DNA of 64,000 bases, from the NCBI GenBank assembly GCA_965206355.1, contig OZ242212.1, positions 2,096,271-2,160,270 of the forward strand. Reading direction: 5' to 3'. Shown here piece by piece: positions 29,693 to 40,938 of this stretch. The translations under genes were made by a program, and so were the position numbers. This DNA comes from Candidatus Spongiihabitans sp. Its GTDB lineage: Bacteria > Pseudomonadota > Gammaproteobacteria > Arenicellales > Poriferihabitantaceae. A model generated the notes under the pieces. It saw nothing but the letters and a program-made list of their open reading frames with translations, searched no databases and was not told the DNA's origin. The stretch's first letter is position 1, and each line of letters starts with the position of its first letter.

Positions 29693-29767
29693 GAATCAAT
29701 GTTACCATAGGCGTTCATTTCCGACATCATAGATTTTATTACCTCAATTTCTGTATAGCCATCGCCA

Positions 29768-30295
29768 ATGAATCAATCTGGTCAACGTTCACTCATTCCT
29801 GTCAACATCGCAGTGCTCACCATTTCCGATAGCCGAACCGAAAAAAACGACAGCTCTGGCGATGCGCTGGTAAACAGATTGCGCAAAACCGGGCATCATC
29901 TGCAACAAAGAGCCCTTGTTGCCGATGACCGCTATCAAATTCGAGCGGTGTTGTCGGCATGGATTGCCGATGCCGATATTCAGGTTATTATAACAAGCGG
30001 AGGCACTGGCATCAGTGGTCGAGACGGCTCACCTGAAGCCGTAGCACCACTACTCGATAAAACGCTGGATGGATTCGGTGAAACGTTCAGAGCCTTGTCC
30101 TACGCGGAGATTGGCACATCAACATTGCAGTCGCGCAGCTTGGCTGGCGTTGCTAACGGCACCTATATTTTTGTTCTGCCCGGCTCCCCCAGCGCGGTAA
30201 AGCTCGCTTGGGAAAAACTAATATGCCAGCAACTGGACTACCGCACCCGACCGTGTAATCTGGTAGAAATGATGCCAAGACTACTTGAGCAATAA
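29768..30295 (+). CDS. moaB: molybdenum cofactor biosynthesis protein B (MoaB/MogA fold)
   Basis: VLTISDSR...ITSGGTGISGRD motif. Confidence 0.85.
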   Translation: MNQSGQRSLIPVNIAVLTISDSRTEKNDSSGDALVNRLRKTGHHLQQRALVADDRYQIRAVLSAWIADADIQVIITSGGTGISGRDGSPEAVAPLLDKTLDGFGETFRALSYAEIGTSTLQSRSLAGVANGTYIFVLPGSPSAVKLAWEKLICQQLDYRTRPCNLVEMMPRLLEQ

Positions 30296-30352
30296 CCAAC
30301 CGTAATTCATACATTGCTGATTCGTAATTGATAACTTGTAATTCACAACAAC

Positions 30353-32632
30353 ATGGCAAGAAAACCCACATCATCGAAAAACAGCCCCGTCGACAAACCG
30401 CTCCGGCTCAATACGTTGCCGATGGCAGAATTCACGGAAAATGCCTATCTGCATTATTCGATGTACGTCATTCTCGATCGTGCCCTGCCCAGCATCGCCG
30501 ACGGCTTAAAACCAGTGCAACGGCGAATCGTCTATGCGATGTCTGATCTGGGGTTACATGCTACTGCCAAATATAAAAAATCCGCGCGTACCGTGGGCGA
30601 TGTGCTGGGTAAGTTTCATCCCCATGGTGATAGTGCCTGCTACGAAGCAATGGTTTTGATGGCGCAGTCATTCAGTTGCCGTTATCCGCTGATTGATGGT
30701 CAGGGTAATTGGGGCAGTCAGGATGATCCAAAATCTTTCGCGGCAATGCGTTACACCGAATCACGGCTGACCCGATACGCTCAGCTATTGCTTAAGGAAT
30801 TAGGGCAAGGGACGACGGATTGGACAGCGAATTTTGATGGCACGCTGGAGGAGCCTAAACTATTACCCGCGCGTCTGCCGAATGTACTGTTAAACGGCGC
30901 ATCGGGTATTGCTGTCGGTATGTCCACAGATATTCCTCCACACAATATACGCGAGGTCGTAACTGCTTGCATTCGATTGCTGGAGGATTCAAAGACAACT
31001 CTGCAACAACTATGTGAACATATCAAAGCACCGGATTTCCCTACCGAAGCTGAAATTATTTCCAGCGCAGAAGAGCTTTTTGAAATATACAAAAGCGGTA
31101 ATGGTTCTGTGCGTCAACGTGCGGCGTGGCAAAAGGAAGGGGCAGACATTATCATTACTGCCCTGCCCTATCAGGTTTCAGGATCGAAGATTCAAGAACA
31201 AATTGCCACGCAAATGCTGGCCAAAAAATTACCTATGGTCACCGATTTAAGAGATGAATCGGATCACGAAAGCCCAACCCGTTTAGTCATAGAACCGAGA
31301 TCTAATCGGATTGACAGCGATGCGATCATGCAACATCTGTTTGCCACGACAGATTTAGAAAAAAGCTATCGGGTCAATCTGAATATGATTGGCATTGACC
31401 GCCGCCCCAGAGTGTTTGACTTGAAATCGCTGTTACTACAATGGCTCAACTACCGCACTGAAACGATTAAGCGGCGCCTGCAGTTTCGTTATGACAAAGT
31501 AGTTGACCGTCTGCATATTCTCGACGGATTAATGATTGCCTTTTTGAACATTGATGAAGTCATCCACATCATTCGCAATCAGGATCATCCCAAGTCGGCT
31601 CTCATAGCACAGTTTGTGTTGAGCGAAGCGCAGGCCGATGCAGTTCTTGACTTGCGCTTGCGCCAGCTAGCAAAGCTGGAAGAAATCAAGATTAAAAGCG
31701 AGCAAAACGAACTTGCGAAAGAGCGTAATTATCTTCAATCCTTGCTTAAATCTAAAGCAAAACTGAAGCGTCTGCTACGCGATGAATTATTGGCAGATGC
31801 CGCAGAGTATGGAGACGACCGCCGTTCTCCTATTATCGAGAGAGCTGCCGCCAAGGCACTTGATCACCACACGTTGGTTGTGGCAGAACCGATTACCGTG
31901 GTGCTTTCCACAAAGGGTTGGATTCGTGCCGCAAAAGGGCATGACATTGAGGCAGAGAAACTCAATTTCAAATCGGGTGAAAAATTTCTATGTGCGGTTA
32001 CCGGTAAAACTAATGATATTTTGGTGTGCATAGACTCAAACGGTCGCACTTATTCCATCGCCGCACATAGTCTGCCCTCAGCACGCAGTTTTGGTGAACC
32101 ATTGATCAGCAGTTGTAACCCGAAACCCGGTGCAACCTTCCGTGGTTTGATGAGTGGTGATGCCGAAACCAAATACCTGCTGGCTACTGATGCCGGTTAT
32201 GGATTTATTGCCCGATTGGGCGAGTTAAACACCCGCAATAAAGCAGGCAAAGCAACCCTTAAAGTTGCCGATAACATCAATGTCCTGACACCTCAACATG
32301 TTCACGATTTTGATGATGACTGGATTGCGGTAATTACCAATGTCGGCAGATTGTTGATTTTTACCGTTGGTGAGTTACCACAATTATCAAAAGGCAAAGG
32401 CATCAAACTAATCAATATCCCGACCGCAAAATTTAACCTCGGGGAAGAATATGTTGTTGATGCCACCCTATTCCGGGAAGGCAACAGTTTACGAATAAGT
32501 AGCGGCAAACGCTATCTGAACCTTAAACCTGCGGACTTTGACAATTATGTCGGCAGTCGCGCCCAACGTGGTAAGTTTTTGCCCCGTGGATTCCGACAGG
32601 CACATTCTATTGTTACTATTGGTGTCAATTGA
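30353..32632 (+). CDS. parC: DNA topoisomerase IV subunit A
   Basis: [28 protein letters not shown] active-site Tyr region; 759 aa. Confidence 0.92.
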   Translation: MARKPTSSKNSPVDKPLRLNTLPMAEFTENAYLHYSMYVILDRALPSIADGLKPVQRRIVYAMSDLGLHATAKYKKSARTVGDVLGKFHPHGDSACYEAMVLMAQSFSCRYPLIDGQGNWGSQDDPKSFAAMRYTESRLTRYAQLLLKELGQGTTDWTANFDGTLEEPKLLPARLPNVLLNGASGIAVGMSTDIPPHNIREVVTACIRLLEDSKTTLQQLCEHIKAPDFPTEAEIISSAEELFEIYKSGNGSVRQRAAWQKEGADIIITALPYQVSGSKIQEQIATQMLAKKLPMVTDLRDESDHESPTRLVIEPRSNRIDSDAIMQHLFATTDLEKSYRVNLNMIGIDRRPRVFDLKSLLLQWLNYRTETIKRRLQFRYDKVVDRLHILDGLMIAFLNIDEVIHIIRNQDHPKSALIAQFVLSEAQADAVLDLRLRQLAKLEEIKIKSEQNELAKERNYLQSLLKSKAKLKRLLRDELLADAAEYGDDRRSPIIERAAAKALDHHTLVVAEPITVVLSTKGWIRAAKGHDIEAEKLNFKSGEKFLCAVTGKTNDILVCIDSNGRTYSIAAHSLPSARSFGEPLISSCNPKPGATFRGLMSGDAETKYLLATDAGYGFIARLGELNTRNKAGKATLKVADNINVLTPQHVHDFDDDWIAVITNVGRLLIFTVGELPQLSKGKGIKLINIPTAKFNLGEEYVVDATLFREGNSLRISSGKRYLNLKPADFDNYVGSRAQRGKFLPRGFRQAHSIVTIGVN

Positions 32633-32772
32633 AAATGGAAATCCCCCTCGTATCATAACAATCGTGTTAGTTATCCAGCCATCCAGTGGTTTTTAATAGA
32701 CACTATCCAATAGCGGTTGGATAAGACGGTAGTGATGTAGCAAACCCCATAAGTTTTTGAACTTGTGATTTA

Positions 32773-33198
32773 GGTTTAGCGCCTTACCCACAGGGCACAA
32801 ACACCTCCGCAAATCCCTCTATATGCCCGCGTTGATGGCAGTGCGGTACAATCCATTGATGCAGAATTTATACAATGAGACCTTTGCATGAAAGCCATTT
32901 TACCTGCATGCTGTGTCGCCTAAAAGCACCTACTGTTGGTAAAAATCGTACTCAATCGGTCATTTATAAGCATAAACTCCCTCATTCCGTGCGTTTTTGC
33001 CTTGCCTAAAAGCGAAATCATCTTCCGTGCAAAGGTCTCTAGTTATATCCTATGGGATATTGACCTATGGGGTATTGAAATCACAACAACCTTTTGATGT
33101 CAATTATGCGTGCAGATAGAGCGATTGCAGCGCAGGCTACAATTTTGCTTGCGAAGGCTATCCTGAATGCCCCATTCCTTATAGTCATCACGCCCTAT
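32773..33198 (+). pseudogene. IS110-family transposase C-terminal remnant (frameshifted, split by MITE copy 6)
   Basis: GLAPYPQ then, in another frame, HLRKSLYMPALMAVRYNPLMQNLYN, cut by the MITE at 32877. After the MITE comes a weak RAIAAQATILLAKAILNA tail; resembles the conserved IS110 C-terminus. Confidence 0.45.
32877..33039 (-). mobile_element. MITE copy 6 (163-bp long variant)
   Basis: Canonical termini plus about 23-bp internal insertion; no TSD (flanks ACAAT / TAGTT). Confidence 0.9.
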
Positions 33199-33337
33199 GA
33201 GACCTTTGCACGAAAGCCATTTCACCTGCATGCTGCGTTAAAATCGTACTCAATCGGTCACTTATAAGCATAAACTCCCTCATTCCGTGCGTTTTTGCCT
33301 TGCCTAAAAGCGAAATCATCTTCCGTGCAAAGGTCTC
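33199..33337 (-). mobile_element. MITE copy 7 (139 bp)
   Basis: Canonical termini; 5-bp TSD CCTAT. Confidence 0.95.
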
Positions 33338-33344
33338 CCTATGA

Positions 33345-33640
33345 AAATATGTAGCTTGCCTTCACTGCCCAAACCACTGTTGCCAACATAGCACACTGCC
33401 GCCCAGCTCCGCGCCGATTCCGGCATCACCATCGCCGCCGTCATAGCGTAATCCTATTTCCATGAGGGGTGTGAATACGCCGTTTGCGCCACAATGGCTT
33501 GTTGTTTGACTTCCAGCAGTAAGCGCAGCCGTTGGCTATTGAGGCTGTGTTTGGCAAAGCCGCTAGCCGTATCAATGTCGGTTTGGGTGAGCGAGAGGTT
33601 GCTCTTGAGATTGACCCCGAATTGTTGCAAAACGCGCAAG
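33345..33640 (-). pseudogene. possible outer-membrane beta-barrel gene fragment
   Basis: Broken frames reading ...SQRLRLLLEVKQ... and EIGLRYDGGDGDAGIGAELGGS; resemblance to autotransporter-type barrel repeats is from memory only. Confidence 0.2.
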
Positions 33641-33848
33641 CTGTGCCAAAGACGTGCGGGCATAGAACCGATTATTGACCATTTGAAAGCCGATTTCAGA
33701 TTATCCAGAAGTCGTGTATTTCTGATTTGGAAAAGTACGATTTTATTGATTTCTTATGAAAACCCCTAATCCGATTGCTTTACGTTTTTTGAGCGATAGT
33801 CTGGAGCCGGATTTTGATTTTTTGGATGGGCTTTTAAGGGCCGACTAG
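33640..33848 (+). pseudogene. IS5-like transposase C-terminal remnant
   Basis: RRAGIEPIIDHLKADFRLSR motif, then frameshift/stop, then terminal ...LDGLLRAD* in another frame. Confidence 0.35.
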
Positions 33849-33992
33849 GTATTTTTAATGTTTAACGCCTGATTTTCAACTACGAAACGGTAAGATTTTG
33901 ACACGGAGAGTGCCGAGTTAATTTATAATCCCGCCATCGAGAAATATGAGCAAGAGATAGGGCATCGATAATGAATTTGGTTAAAAAAGAAA

Positions 33993-35342
33993 ATGAGTGA
34001 TTTTGGTTACAGTTTATTTGGGTTTGTACTCTCTATCGCAATTTTAGTGACGGTGCATGAGTACGGGCATTTTTGGGTGGCGCGTAAACTGGGCGTTAAA
34101 GTACTTAAATTCTCCATTGGTTTTGGCAAATCCATGCTGAGCTGGCGCAGAAAAAATGACCCGACCGAGTATTGCGTCGGCATTATTCCGTTAGGTGGCT
34201 TCGTTAAAATGCTGGATGAAAGGGAGGGGGATGTTGGCGCAGAAGAACGCCACCAGGCATTCAACAGACAATCACTCAAAGTACGCGCCGCTATTGTTGT
34301 GGCAGGACCTGCCTTTAACTTTCTGTTTGCGATTTTAGCGATTTGGCTGGTTTTTGTTGCTGGCAGCGCCGACATTAAACCGATTGTCGGACAGGTGGTT
34401 GAAAATTCCATAGCCGAAAACGCTGGTTTCAAAGCTGGTGATGTGCTGCTCACGCTTGATAGAAAACCGGTCAAATCATGGGGACAGCATCAGTTTTATA
34501 TGCTTAATCAGGCGATGAAGGGCGACACCATGGCATTTTCTGTTAGCCATCCGATTCACGGCAAGCGCACGATCAAGATTGATTTTGGTCACCTTAATCA
34601 GCAAACCATTGCCCGACAACCGATTACCTCGCAAATAGGCATCTGGCCATCTGCACCCGCTGCCAAGGTCGGTCAGGTGGTCGAGAACTCACCAGCTGAA
34701 CAAGCCGGACTGGTCGTCGGAGACGAGATTGTCGCGATAGATGGTGTTGCTGTGGATGACTGGGTTGATATGGCAACACAAGTTTCCGCTCAACCAGATA
34801 AAGCACTGATGTTTACTATTTTGCGGGGACAACGACAGCTTGATATTGTGCTGACACCCGAATTGGTCACCATTGATGGCAAGCAATATGGTCGGATCGG
34901 GCTATACAGACCGAGCTTGGAAAATATGACATTACAATTTGGTGTGCCGGAAGCAATCTGGCAGTCCATTAACTATAATTGGTACAGCACCGTCATCACC
35001 CTGCGTTCGTTGGGAAGAATGCTAACCGCAAGAATGTCATCAGAGAACCTGTCCGGTCCCATTACCATAGCCAGATTGGCCGGACATACGGTAAAATCGG
35101 GTTATTCTGATTTTTTGAAATTCATGGCGATCATCAGCGTCAGTCTTGGGTTATTGAATCTGCTACCTATTCCTGTTCTTGATGGTGGGCATTTGCTGTA
35201 TTTTTTAGTTGAAGCGATAACCGGCAAAGCACCTTCGGAAAAAATTATGCTCTGGGGACAGCAAATTGGCATCGCCATGATACTGATGCTCATGGTGGTC
35301 GCATTTTATAACGATATTATACGATTGCTGTCAATATCATAA
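33993..35342 (+). CDS. rseP: RIP zinc metalloprotease RseP
   Basis: HEYGHFWVARKLGV HExxH motif, two PDZ-like regions, NLLPIPVLDGGH. Confidence 0.93.
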   Translation: MSDFGYSLFGFVLSIAILVTVHEYGHFWVARKLGVKVLKFSIGFGKSMLSWRRKNDPTEYCVGIIPLGGFVKMLDEREGDVGAEERHQAFNRQSLKVRAAIVVAGPAFNFLFAILAIWLVFVAGSADIKPIVGQVVENSIAENAGFKAGDVLLTLDRKPVKSWGQHQFYMLNQAMKGDTMAFSVSHPIHGKRTIKIDFGHLNQQTIARQPITSQIGIWPSAPAAKVGQVVENSPAEQAGLVVGDEIVAIDGVAVDDWVDMATQVSAQPDKALMFTILRGQRQLDIVLTPELVTIDGKQYGRIGLYRPSLENMTLQFGVPEAIWQSINYNWYSTVITLRSLGRMLTARMSSENLSGPITIARLAGHTVKSGYSDFLKFMAIISVSLGLLNLLPIPVLDGGHLLYFLVEAITGKAPSEKIMLWGQQIGIAMILMLMVVAFYNDIIRLLSIS

Positions 35343-35565
35343 CCTCACAGTGCAATCGGTGGCAACTTACGCTCATGTTTTTGTGATCTCTCTGTGATGT
35401 TCCGTTCAGCGTTATTGATCGGTTCTTGCCACATTGGATACCGCCTCGTTATCATCACCGCAGTTGTTGAATGTGTCATCGTAAGACAACCTGGGGAAAC
35501 ACGCTGGAAAAGGTAACCCGGGAAAAATAACGTGATAGTCATAAATAATACACCTTGAATTAACA

Positions 35566-37875
35566 ATGAAAAAAACCACCTTGATCGTTTTATTGCTGGC
35601 ATTGATGCAGTTTGCATGGACGCAGCTTGCTTTTGCGATCATCCCGTTTACCATTACTGACATCCGCGTTGAGGGTCTGGAAAGGCTGGAACAAGGTACG
35701 GTGTTTAACTACTTGCCCTTGAAAGTAGGTGATGAAGTCAATGATGAAGAAACACGGATCAGCATAAAAGAATTATTCAAGACCGGTTTTTTCAAAGAAG
35801 TCTCTCTCGGACAGGACGGCACCGTGCTGGTTGTTAGCGTTGTTGAACGCCCCTCAATAGCCAGCATCACCTTCAAAGGTAATGACAAACTAAAAACAGC
35901 AGTATTGACACAAGGTTTAGAGCAAGTAGGAATGGTTGAGGGCAGGATTTTTAATCAGGCACATCTGCAACAGGTTGAACAGGATATAAAAAACGCCTAT
36001 CTATCTATGGGACGCTATTCCGCAACCGTGGAAACAAGTATAGAAGCACTTGAGCAAAACCGCGTTGCAATAACGGTAAACATTAACGAGGGTCGCGTTG
36101 CCCGGATAAAGAAAATTAATATTATTGGTGCTAAATCAATATCGGTTAAACGCATAAAAGGTGAAATGCAGCTCAAGGAAAAGCGCGGATATCGTGTGTT
36201 TTCGCGTCAGGATCAATATTCAAAACAAAAACTTGAAGCAGATATTGAAACTATTCGCAGCTATTATTTGAATCGTGGCTACCATGAATTTGAAATTGTT
36301 TCATCCAACTTTGAAATTAGTCCAAACAAGCAGAACATTTTTATTAGCATTGTCATCAAAGAAGGACAGATATACACCTTCGGAGAATCGATTATTGAAG
36401 GTGTTGATGAAGATAAAATAGCAGAATTACAGGACATTATTGATATTAAACCCGGTCAGTCATTCTCGCGCCAGAGAATTAACAAAACCCGTCTGGCACT
36501 GACTGATTATTTTACCGATGATGGCTTTGCCTTTGCCGAAGTGCGTTCTGTGTTTGATGCCGACAAGTCTGCCAAAGTGGTTAATATGATTTTTTCCATC
36601 ATTCCCAAGCAACGGGTTACGGTTCGCAGAATTGATATTTCGGGAAACACCTATACCCGTGACGAGGTAATTCGTCAGCAATTAAGACAGTTTGAAGGTG
36701 CATGGTATTCGGCATCGGCAATAAAACGCTCGAAAGACCGATTACAACGACTGGGAATCTTTGGCTCAGTGCAAATCGAAACCCCGCAGGTGGCAGGAAG
36801 CAGCGATCAGGTTGATATGAAAGTGGTGGTTACCGAAGTTGATGCCGGGTCAATCGCGTTATCCGCTGGTTATTCTGATGACGATGGCACATTATTCGGC
36901 GTTGAATTTGAACAACGCAATTTATTGGGAACGGGTAAACATCTATCGGTAAAATTAAAGACTTCAAATTCCGCAAAAACTGCCATCATTGCCTATACCA
37001 ATCCATACTATACGCAGGATGGCATAAGTCGAGGCTTCTCTTTATCCACCCAGCAATCTGATGCAAGCGATGTTGATACCGCCGCCTATACACTGAACCG
37101 GAGTGCTGCGGGTGTATTGTATAAAATCCCGATTGCCGAAACCAATATCGTCAATACTGGGTTGTCGTTGGAGTCAATCAACTTGACAGCTTCTAGCTCA
37201 ACACCAAATGAATTCCGGATTGTTATTGATGAACGACCGAAATCTAACAATCTGGTGCTAACAACGGGTTTTTCACAAGATACGCGCAATAATTTTTTCT
37301 TTCCAACACGCGGGTCCAGCAAATCCATTTCTCTGGAAGCATCACTGCCGGGTAGCGACTTCCAATACTATCGGTTGGATTTGCAAGGTCGCTATTATCT
37401 GCCATTAGGTGATCGCCTGACCGTTAAAGGAGCATTGAATATTGGTTATGGTGATGGTTATGGAAACTCCACTAAATATGGATTACCTTTTTTCAAACAC
37501 TATTTTGTCGGCGGTGAAAGCTCGGTGCGTGGTTATCAAGCACGTTCTCTCGGTCCTCGCCCCGTAGCAAGCCCGAAAACGGGATCTCCAATCGGCGGTG
37601 CTTCTCGAATCGTAATTAACCTTGAAGCCTTATTCCCTGCTTTTGGTGCCAACAACAGCAATGACAAAAGATTTGGCCTATTTGTCGATGGTGGCATGGT
37701 CTATGGAAACTCTGAAAGAATTAATCTGGGTAGTATGCGATACTCAGCAGGGGTGTTTTTTCACTGGTTCTCGGCAGTCGGCCCTTTCAGTATAAGTTAC
37801 GGCGTGCCTTTTAATAATCAACCGGATGATAAACACGAATCCCTGCAAATTTCAATCGGCACGGTATTTCGATAG
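35566..37875 (+). CDS. bamA: outer membrane protein assembly factor BamA
   Basis: Signal peptide, POTRA repeats (I..IRVEGL.R..), C-terminal Omp85 barrel ending IGTVFR; 769 aa. Confidence 0.93.
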   Translation: MKKTTLIVLLLALMQFAWTQLAFAIIPFTITDIRVEGLERLEQGTVFNYLPLKVGDEVNDEETRISIKELFKTGFFKEVSLGQDGTVLVVSVVERPSIASITFKGNDKLKTAVLTQGLEQVGMVEGRIFNQAHLQQVEQDIKNAYLSMGRYSATVETSIEALEQNRVAITVNINEGRVARIKKINIIGAKSISVKRIKGEMQLKEKRGYRVFSRQDQYSKQKLEADIETIRSYYLNRGYHEFEIVSSNFEISPNKQNIFISIVIKEGQIYTFGESIIEGVDEDKIAELQDIIDIKPGQSFSRQRINKTRLALTDYFTDDGFAFAEVRSVFDADKSAKVVNMIFSIIPKQRVTVRRIDISGNTYTRDEVIRQQLRQFEGAWYSASAIKRSKDRLQRLGIFGSVQIETPQVAGSSDQVDMKVVVTEVDAGSIALSAGYSDDDGTLFGVEFEQRNLLGTGKHLSVKLKTSNSAKTAIIAYTNPYYTQDGISRGFSLSTQQSDASDVDTAAYTLNRSAAGVLYKIPIAETNIVNTGLSLESINLTASSSTPNEFRIVIDERPKSNNLVLTTGFSQDTRNNFFFPTRGSSKSISLEASLPGSDFQYYRLDLQGRYYLPLGDRLTVKGALNIGYGDGYGNSTKYGLPFFKHYFVGGESSVRGYQARSLGPRPVASPKTGSPIGGASRIVINLEALFPAFGANNSNDKRFGLFVDGGMVYGNSERINLGSMRYSAGVFFHWFSAVGPFSISYGVPFNNQPDDKHESLQISIGTVFR

Positions 37876-37952
37876 TAATGCGCTTTCGTATTTTTTGCTG
37901 GCATTCATAACTTGACAACATAACCACTAATCTACTTAAAAAAATTTTTGAA

Positions 37953-38495
37953 ATGACTTACAAAAAAACTTCCGGAATCAGCTTGCCCGGAATCGCCTTG
38001 CAAGCACTTTACCTGAGCATGCTAGTCGCACTGCCACTGCAGGCGCAAGCAGAAAAATTGGCTTATGTTGATGCACGGCGGTTGGTCAATGAAGCCCCTC
38101 AAGGCAAAGATGAATTACAAATTCTTGAACAAAGTTTCAGTGCGAGAAAGCGTCAGTTAACCGGCAACATTGAATCATTCAAAGCACAGGAAGCACAGTT
38201 TCAAAAAAATGCTTTAGCGCTTTCTGAAGAGGAGCGTCAAAGCAAAGCGGCTGAATTACTGGATTTGCAAAGAACCTTGCAGCGCGATGAAAAAAACTAT
38301 GGTGAAGATTATGAACGCAGTCACAATCAGGGATTAATGCGACTCGAAAAACTCATCTCTGAGGTCATTATTGAATTAGCTAAAAAAGAAGGTATTGATT
38401 TGGTGCTACAACAAGTCGTGTATGCCAGTCCGAAAATAGACTTTACCGAGCGCGTCTTGAAAGAATTAAAAAAACGTCATCAGCAAAAAAAGTAA
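37953..38495 (+). CDS. skp: periplasmic chaperone Skp (OmpH)
   Basis: Signal peptide plus a coiled-coil of about 160 aa, in the conserved position between bamA and lpxD. Confidence 0.85.
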   Translation: MTYKKTSGISLPGIALQALYLSMLVALPLQAQAEKLAYVDARRLVNEAPQGKDELQILEQSFSARKRQLTGNIESFKAQEAQFQKNALALSEEERQSKAAELLDLQRTLQRDEKNYGEDYERSHNQGLMRLEKLISEVIIELAKKEGIDLVLQQVVYASPKIDFTERVLKELKKRHQQKK

Positions 38496-38558
38496 TGCGG
38501 CCGATGAAAATTCCAAACCACATCACGCCTTAACGATTTTAACGAACTATTTTAACAA

Positions 38559-39599
38559 TTGGCTAACTCTATTATAAAGACTGAGACAATAAGCGTGATT
38601 TCATTGCAGCAGATTGCCGAAATTGTTGACGGAGTAGTACTCGGAAATGGCGATTATCCAATCCGATTTATACATAGCTTAGAACACGCCAGCCGCGATT
38701 CTATTACGTTTTTCGGAGACCGAAAAAAAAAACAACAGTTACAAAACACACAGGCAGGTGCGGTTTTAATCTCTCATGAGCATGCCGATTTATATACCGG
38801 CAACAAAGTTATCGTAACCGACCCCTGCCTTGCCCATGCGCGAATAAGCCGATTATTTAAGCGCTATCCCTGTCATCAACAAGTCGGCGTTGATGACACT
38901 GCCCGCCTTGCTAGTGGCACTAAATTGGGCAATGACCTGTCCATTGGACGCTATGTTACGATTGGACAGGGCGTTACGCTGGGTGATCGTGTGCTCATCG
39001 GTAATGGTGTTCATATCGGTGAGGATGTTGAAATTGGTGATGACACGGTGATAGAAGATCAGGTCGTTATTTGTAGCGGTTGTCGTATCGGCAAGCGTTG
39101 TTGTCTTTCACCCGCTGCGGTTATCGGTGCAAGTGGATTTGGTTATGCACGCAATCAGGAACGCTGGGAAAAAATTGAGCAGCTCGGTGCTGTGCTGATA
39201 GGTGATGATGTTGACATTGGTGCCAACACCACAATCGATCGAGGCACGCTTGATGACACCCGCATTGGCGATGGCGTAAAACTTGATAATCAAATACTGA
39301 TAGCGCACAATGTTCAGGTAGGTGATAACACGATAATGGCAGGCGGTGTTGGTATCGCTGGCAGTACGGAAATAGGTCAGCGTTGTCAATTCGCTGCCCG
39401 TGTTGGTATTTTGGGACATCTGAAAATAGCCGATGATGTTATCGTTTTATCCAATAGTCTGGTTACCCACTCAATTAAAACAGCAGGCGAGTATGCGTCA
39501 ACCATTGCGGTACAGCCTGCGCAACAATGGCGTAAAACCGCTGCCCTAATTCGGCGATTAGACAAATTGGTTACGAAAGTGAAAAAACTGGATATGTAA
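38559..39599 (+). CDS. lpxD: UDP-3-O-acylglucosamine N-acyltransferase
   Basis: Left-handed beta-helix hexapeptide repeats, 346 aa, TTG start, conserved position. Confidence 0.9.
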   Translation: MANSIIKTETISVISLQQIAEIVDGVVLGNGDYPIRFIHSLEHASRDSITFFGDRKKKQQLQNTQAGAVLISHEHADLYTGNKVIVTDPCLAHARISRLFKRYPCHQQVGVDDTARLASGTKLGNDLSIGRYVTIGQGVTLGDRVLIGNGVHIGEDVEIGDDTVIEDQVVICSGCRIGKRCCLSPAAVIGASGFGYARNQERWEKIEQLGAVLIGDDVDIGANTTIDRGTLDDTRIGDGVKLDNQILIAHNVQVGDNTIMAGGVGIAGSTEIGQRCQFAARVGILGHLKIADDVIVLSNSLVTHSIKTAGEYASTIAVQPAQQWRKTAALIRRLDKLVTKVKKLDM

Positions 39600-39674
39600 G
39601 TAAAACTTGTTGATGACAAATCACCATAAAAAGCACAGAATACGGGAATACCGCGTCAACTCAAAGGCCACACC

Positions 39675-40151
39675 ATGACTGAAGCAAAAAGCGCCGCTAC
39701 AACCATAGATATTCATCGGATAAAAGAGATTCTACCGCACCGCTACCCATTTTTGTTGATTGACCGGGTAACCGACTATACGCTGGGGAAAACCTTATCC
39801 GCCATCAAAAACGTCAGTATCACTGAGCCGTTTTTTCAGGGACATTTTCCGGATCGTCCGGTTTTCCCGGGGGTTTTAATACTTGAAGCCATGGCGCAAG
39901 CATCAGCGATTCTCGCCAGCCACAGCCCCGAAGCCAATACCGCAACGAATGCCGATGAGAATGTCATTTTACTTTTTGCCGGTGTTGACAAGGCGCGCTT
40001 TAAACATCTGGTGGAACCCGGCGATCAGCTCGTTATCAATGTCAAACAAACCCACTACAAAAGCAGGATATGGAAATATGCGACCACGGCATCGGTTGAC
40101 GGCAAGTTAGCCGCTTCTGCCCAAGTGATGTTTACCTATCGGGTTTTTTAG
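39675..40151 (+). CDS. fabZ: 3-hydroxyacyl-ACP dehydratase
   Basis: LPHRYPFLLIDRV...FFQGHFP..PVFPGVLILEAMAQ. Confidence 0.95.
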   Translation: MTEAKSAATTIDIHRIKEILPHRYPFLLIDRVTDYTLGKTLSAIKNVSITEPFFQGHFPDRPVFPGVLILEAMAQASAILASHSPEANTATNADENVILLFAGVDKARFKHLVEPGDQLVINVKQTHYKSRIWKYATTASVDGKLAASAQVMFTYRVF

Positions 40152-40155
40152 TGTT

Positions 40156-40932
40156 ATGACAGAAATCCACCCAACAGCTATTGTTGATAAGTCCGCAAAA
40201 CTGGGGAAGAATGTAACGATTGGCGCGTATTCCATCATAGAAGCACAGACCTACATCGGTGACGGCACTTGGATTGCGCCTCATGTTGTCATTAGAAGTT
40301 TGACCAGAATCGGCAAAGAAAATAAGATTTTCCAGTTTTGCTCAATCGGTGAAGACCCGCAACATCAAGATTATGCGGGTCAAGCAACCGAGCTTAACAT
40401 CGGCAACCGCAATACCATTCGGGAATACTGCACCATTAACAGAGGCACCGCAGACGGTCTCGGCACGACAAAAATTGGCAACGACAATTTTATTATGGCC
40501 TATGCCCATATCGCCCATGACTGTGTACTTGGCAATCACATTATTTTCGCAAATGGGGCGAGTTTGGCAGGTCATGTTGATATAGGTGATTATGCCATTT
40601 TGGGCGGCTTCTCTCTGGTTCATCAGTTCTGTCGAATTGGCACGCACAGTATTACCGGAATTGGTTGCGTCTGTTTACAGGATGTACCACCATACATTAT
40701 TGCTGCAGGCAATCCGGCAAAACCATTCGGCATCAATAGTAAAGGATTGCGACGGCGTCACTTTCCTAAAGCGTCAATTCAATTACTAAACAATGCCTAT
40801 AAGATGGTTTACCGCCTTCGCCTTGATTTGCAGTCGGCAATTGATGCGGTCGAGCAATTGCACAGCAACCATGCTGACCTCAACGTCTTTAGCGAGTTTT
40901 TACGTCATTCCAAGCGCGGCATCATCCGCTAA
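40156..40932 (+). CDS. lpxA: acyl-ACP--UDP-GlcNAc O-acyltransferase
   Basis: IHPTAIVD start, hexapeptide repeats, 258 aa. Confidence 0.93.
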   Translation: MTEIHPTAIVDKSAKLGKNVTIGAYSIIEAQTYIGDGTWIAPHVVIRSLTRIGKENKIFQFCSIGEDPQHQDYAGQATELNIGNRNTIREYCTINRGTADGLGTTKIGNDNFIMAYAHIAHDCVLGNHIIFANGASLAGHVDIGDYAILGGFSLVHQFCRIGTHSITGIGCVCLQDVPPYIIAAGNPAKPFGINSKGLRRRHFPKASIQLLNNAYKMVYRLRLDLQSAIDAVEQLHSNHADLNVFSEFLRHSKRGIIR

Positions 40933-40938
40933 CGCAGC

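Noticed and set aside
29693-29767. Possible Moco riboswitch between divergent moaD and moaB
   Set aside because: The spacer is only about 75-105 nt depending on the moaD start, too short for the ~130-140-nt Moco RNA motif. I could not find its conserved helices.
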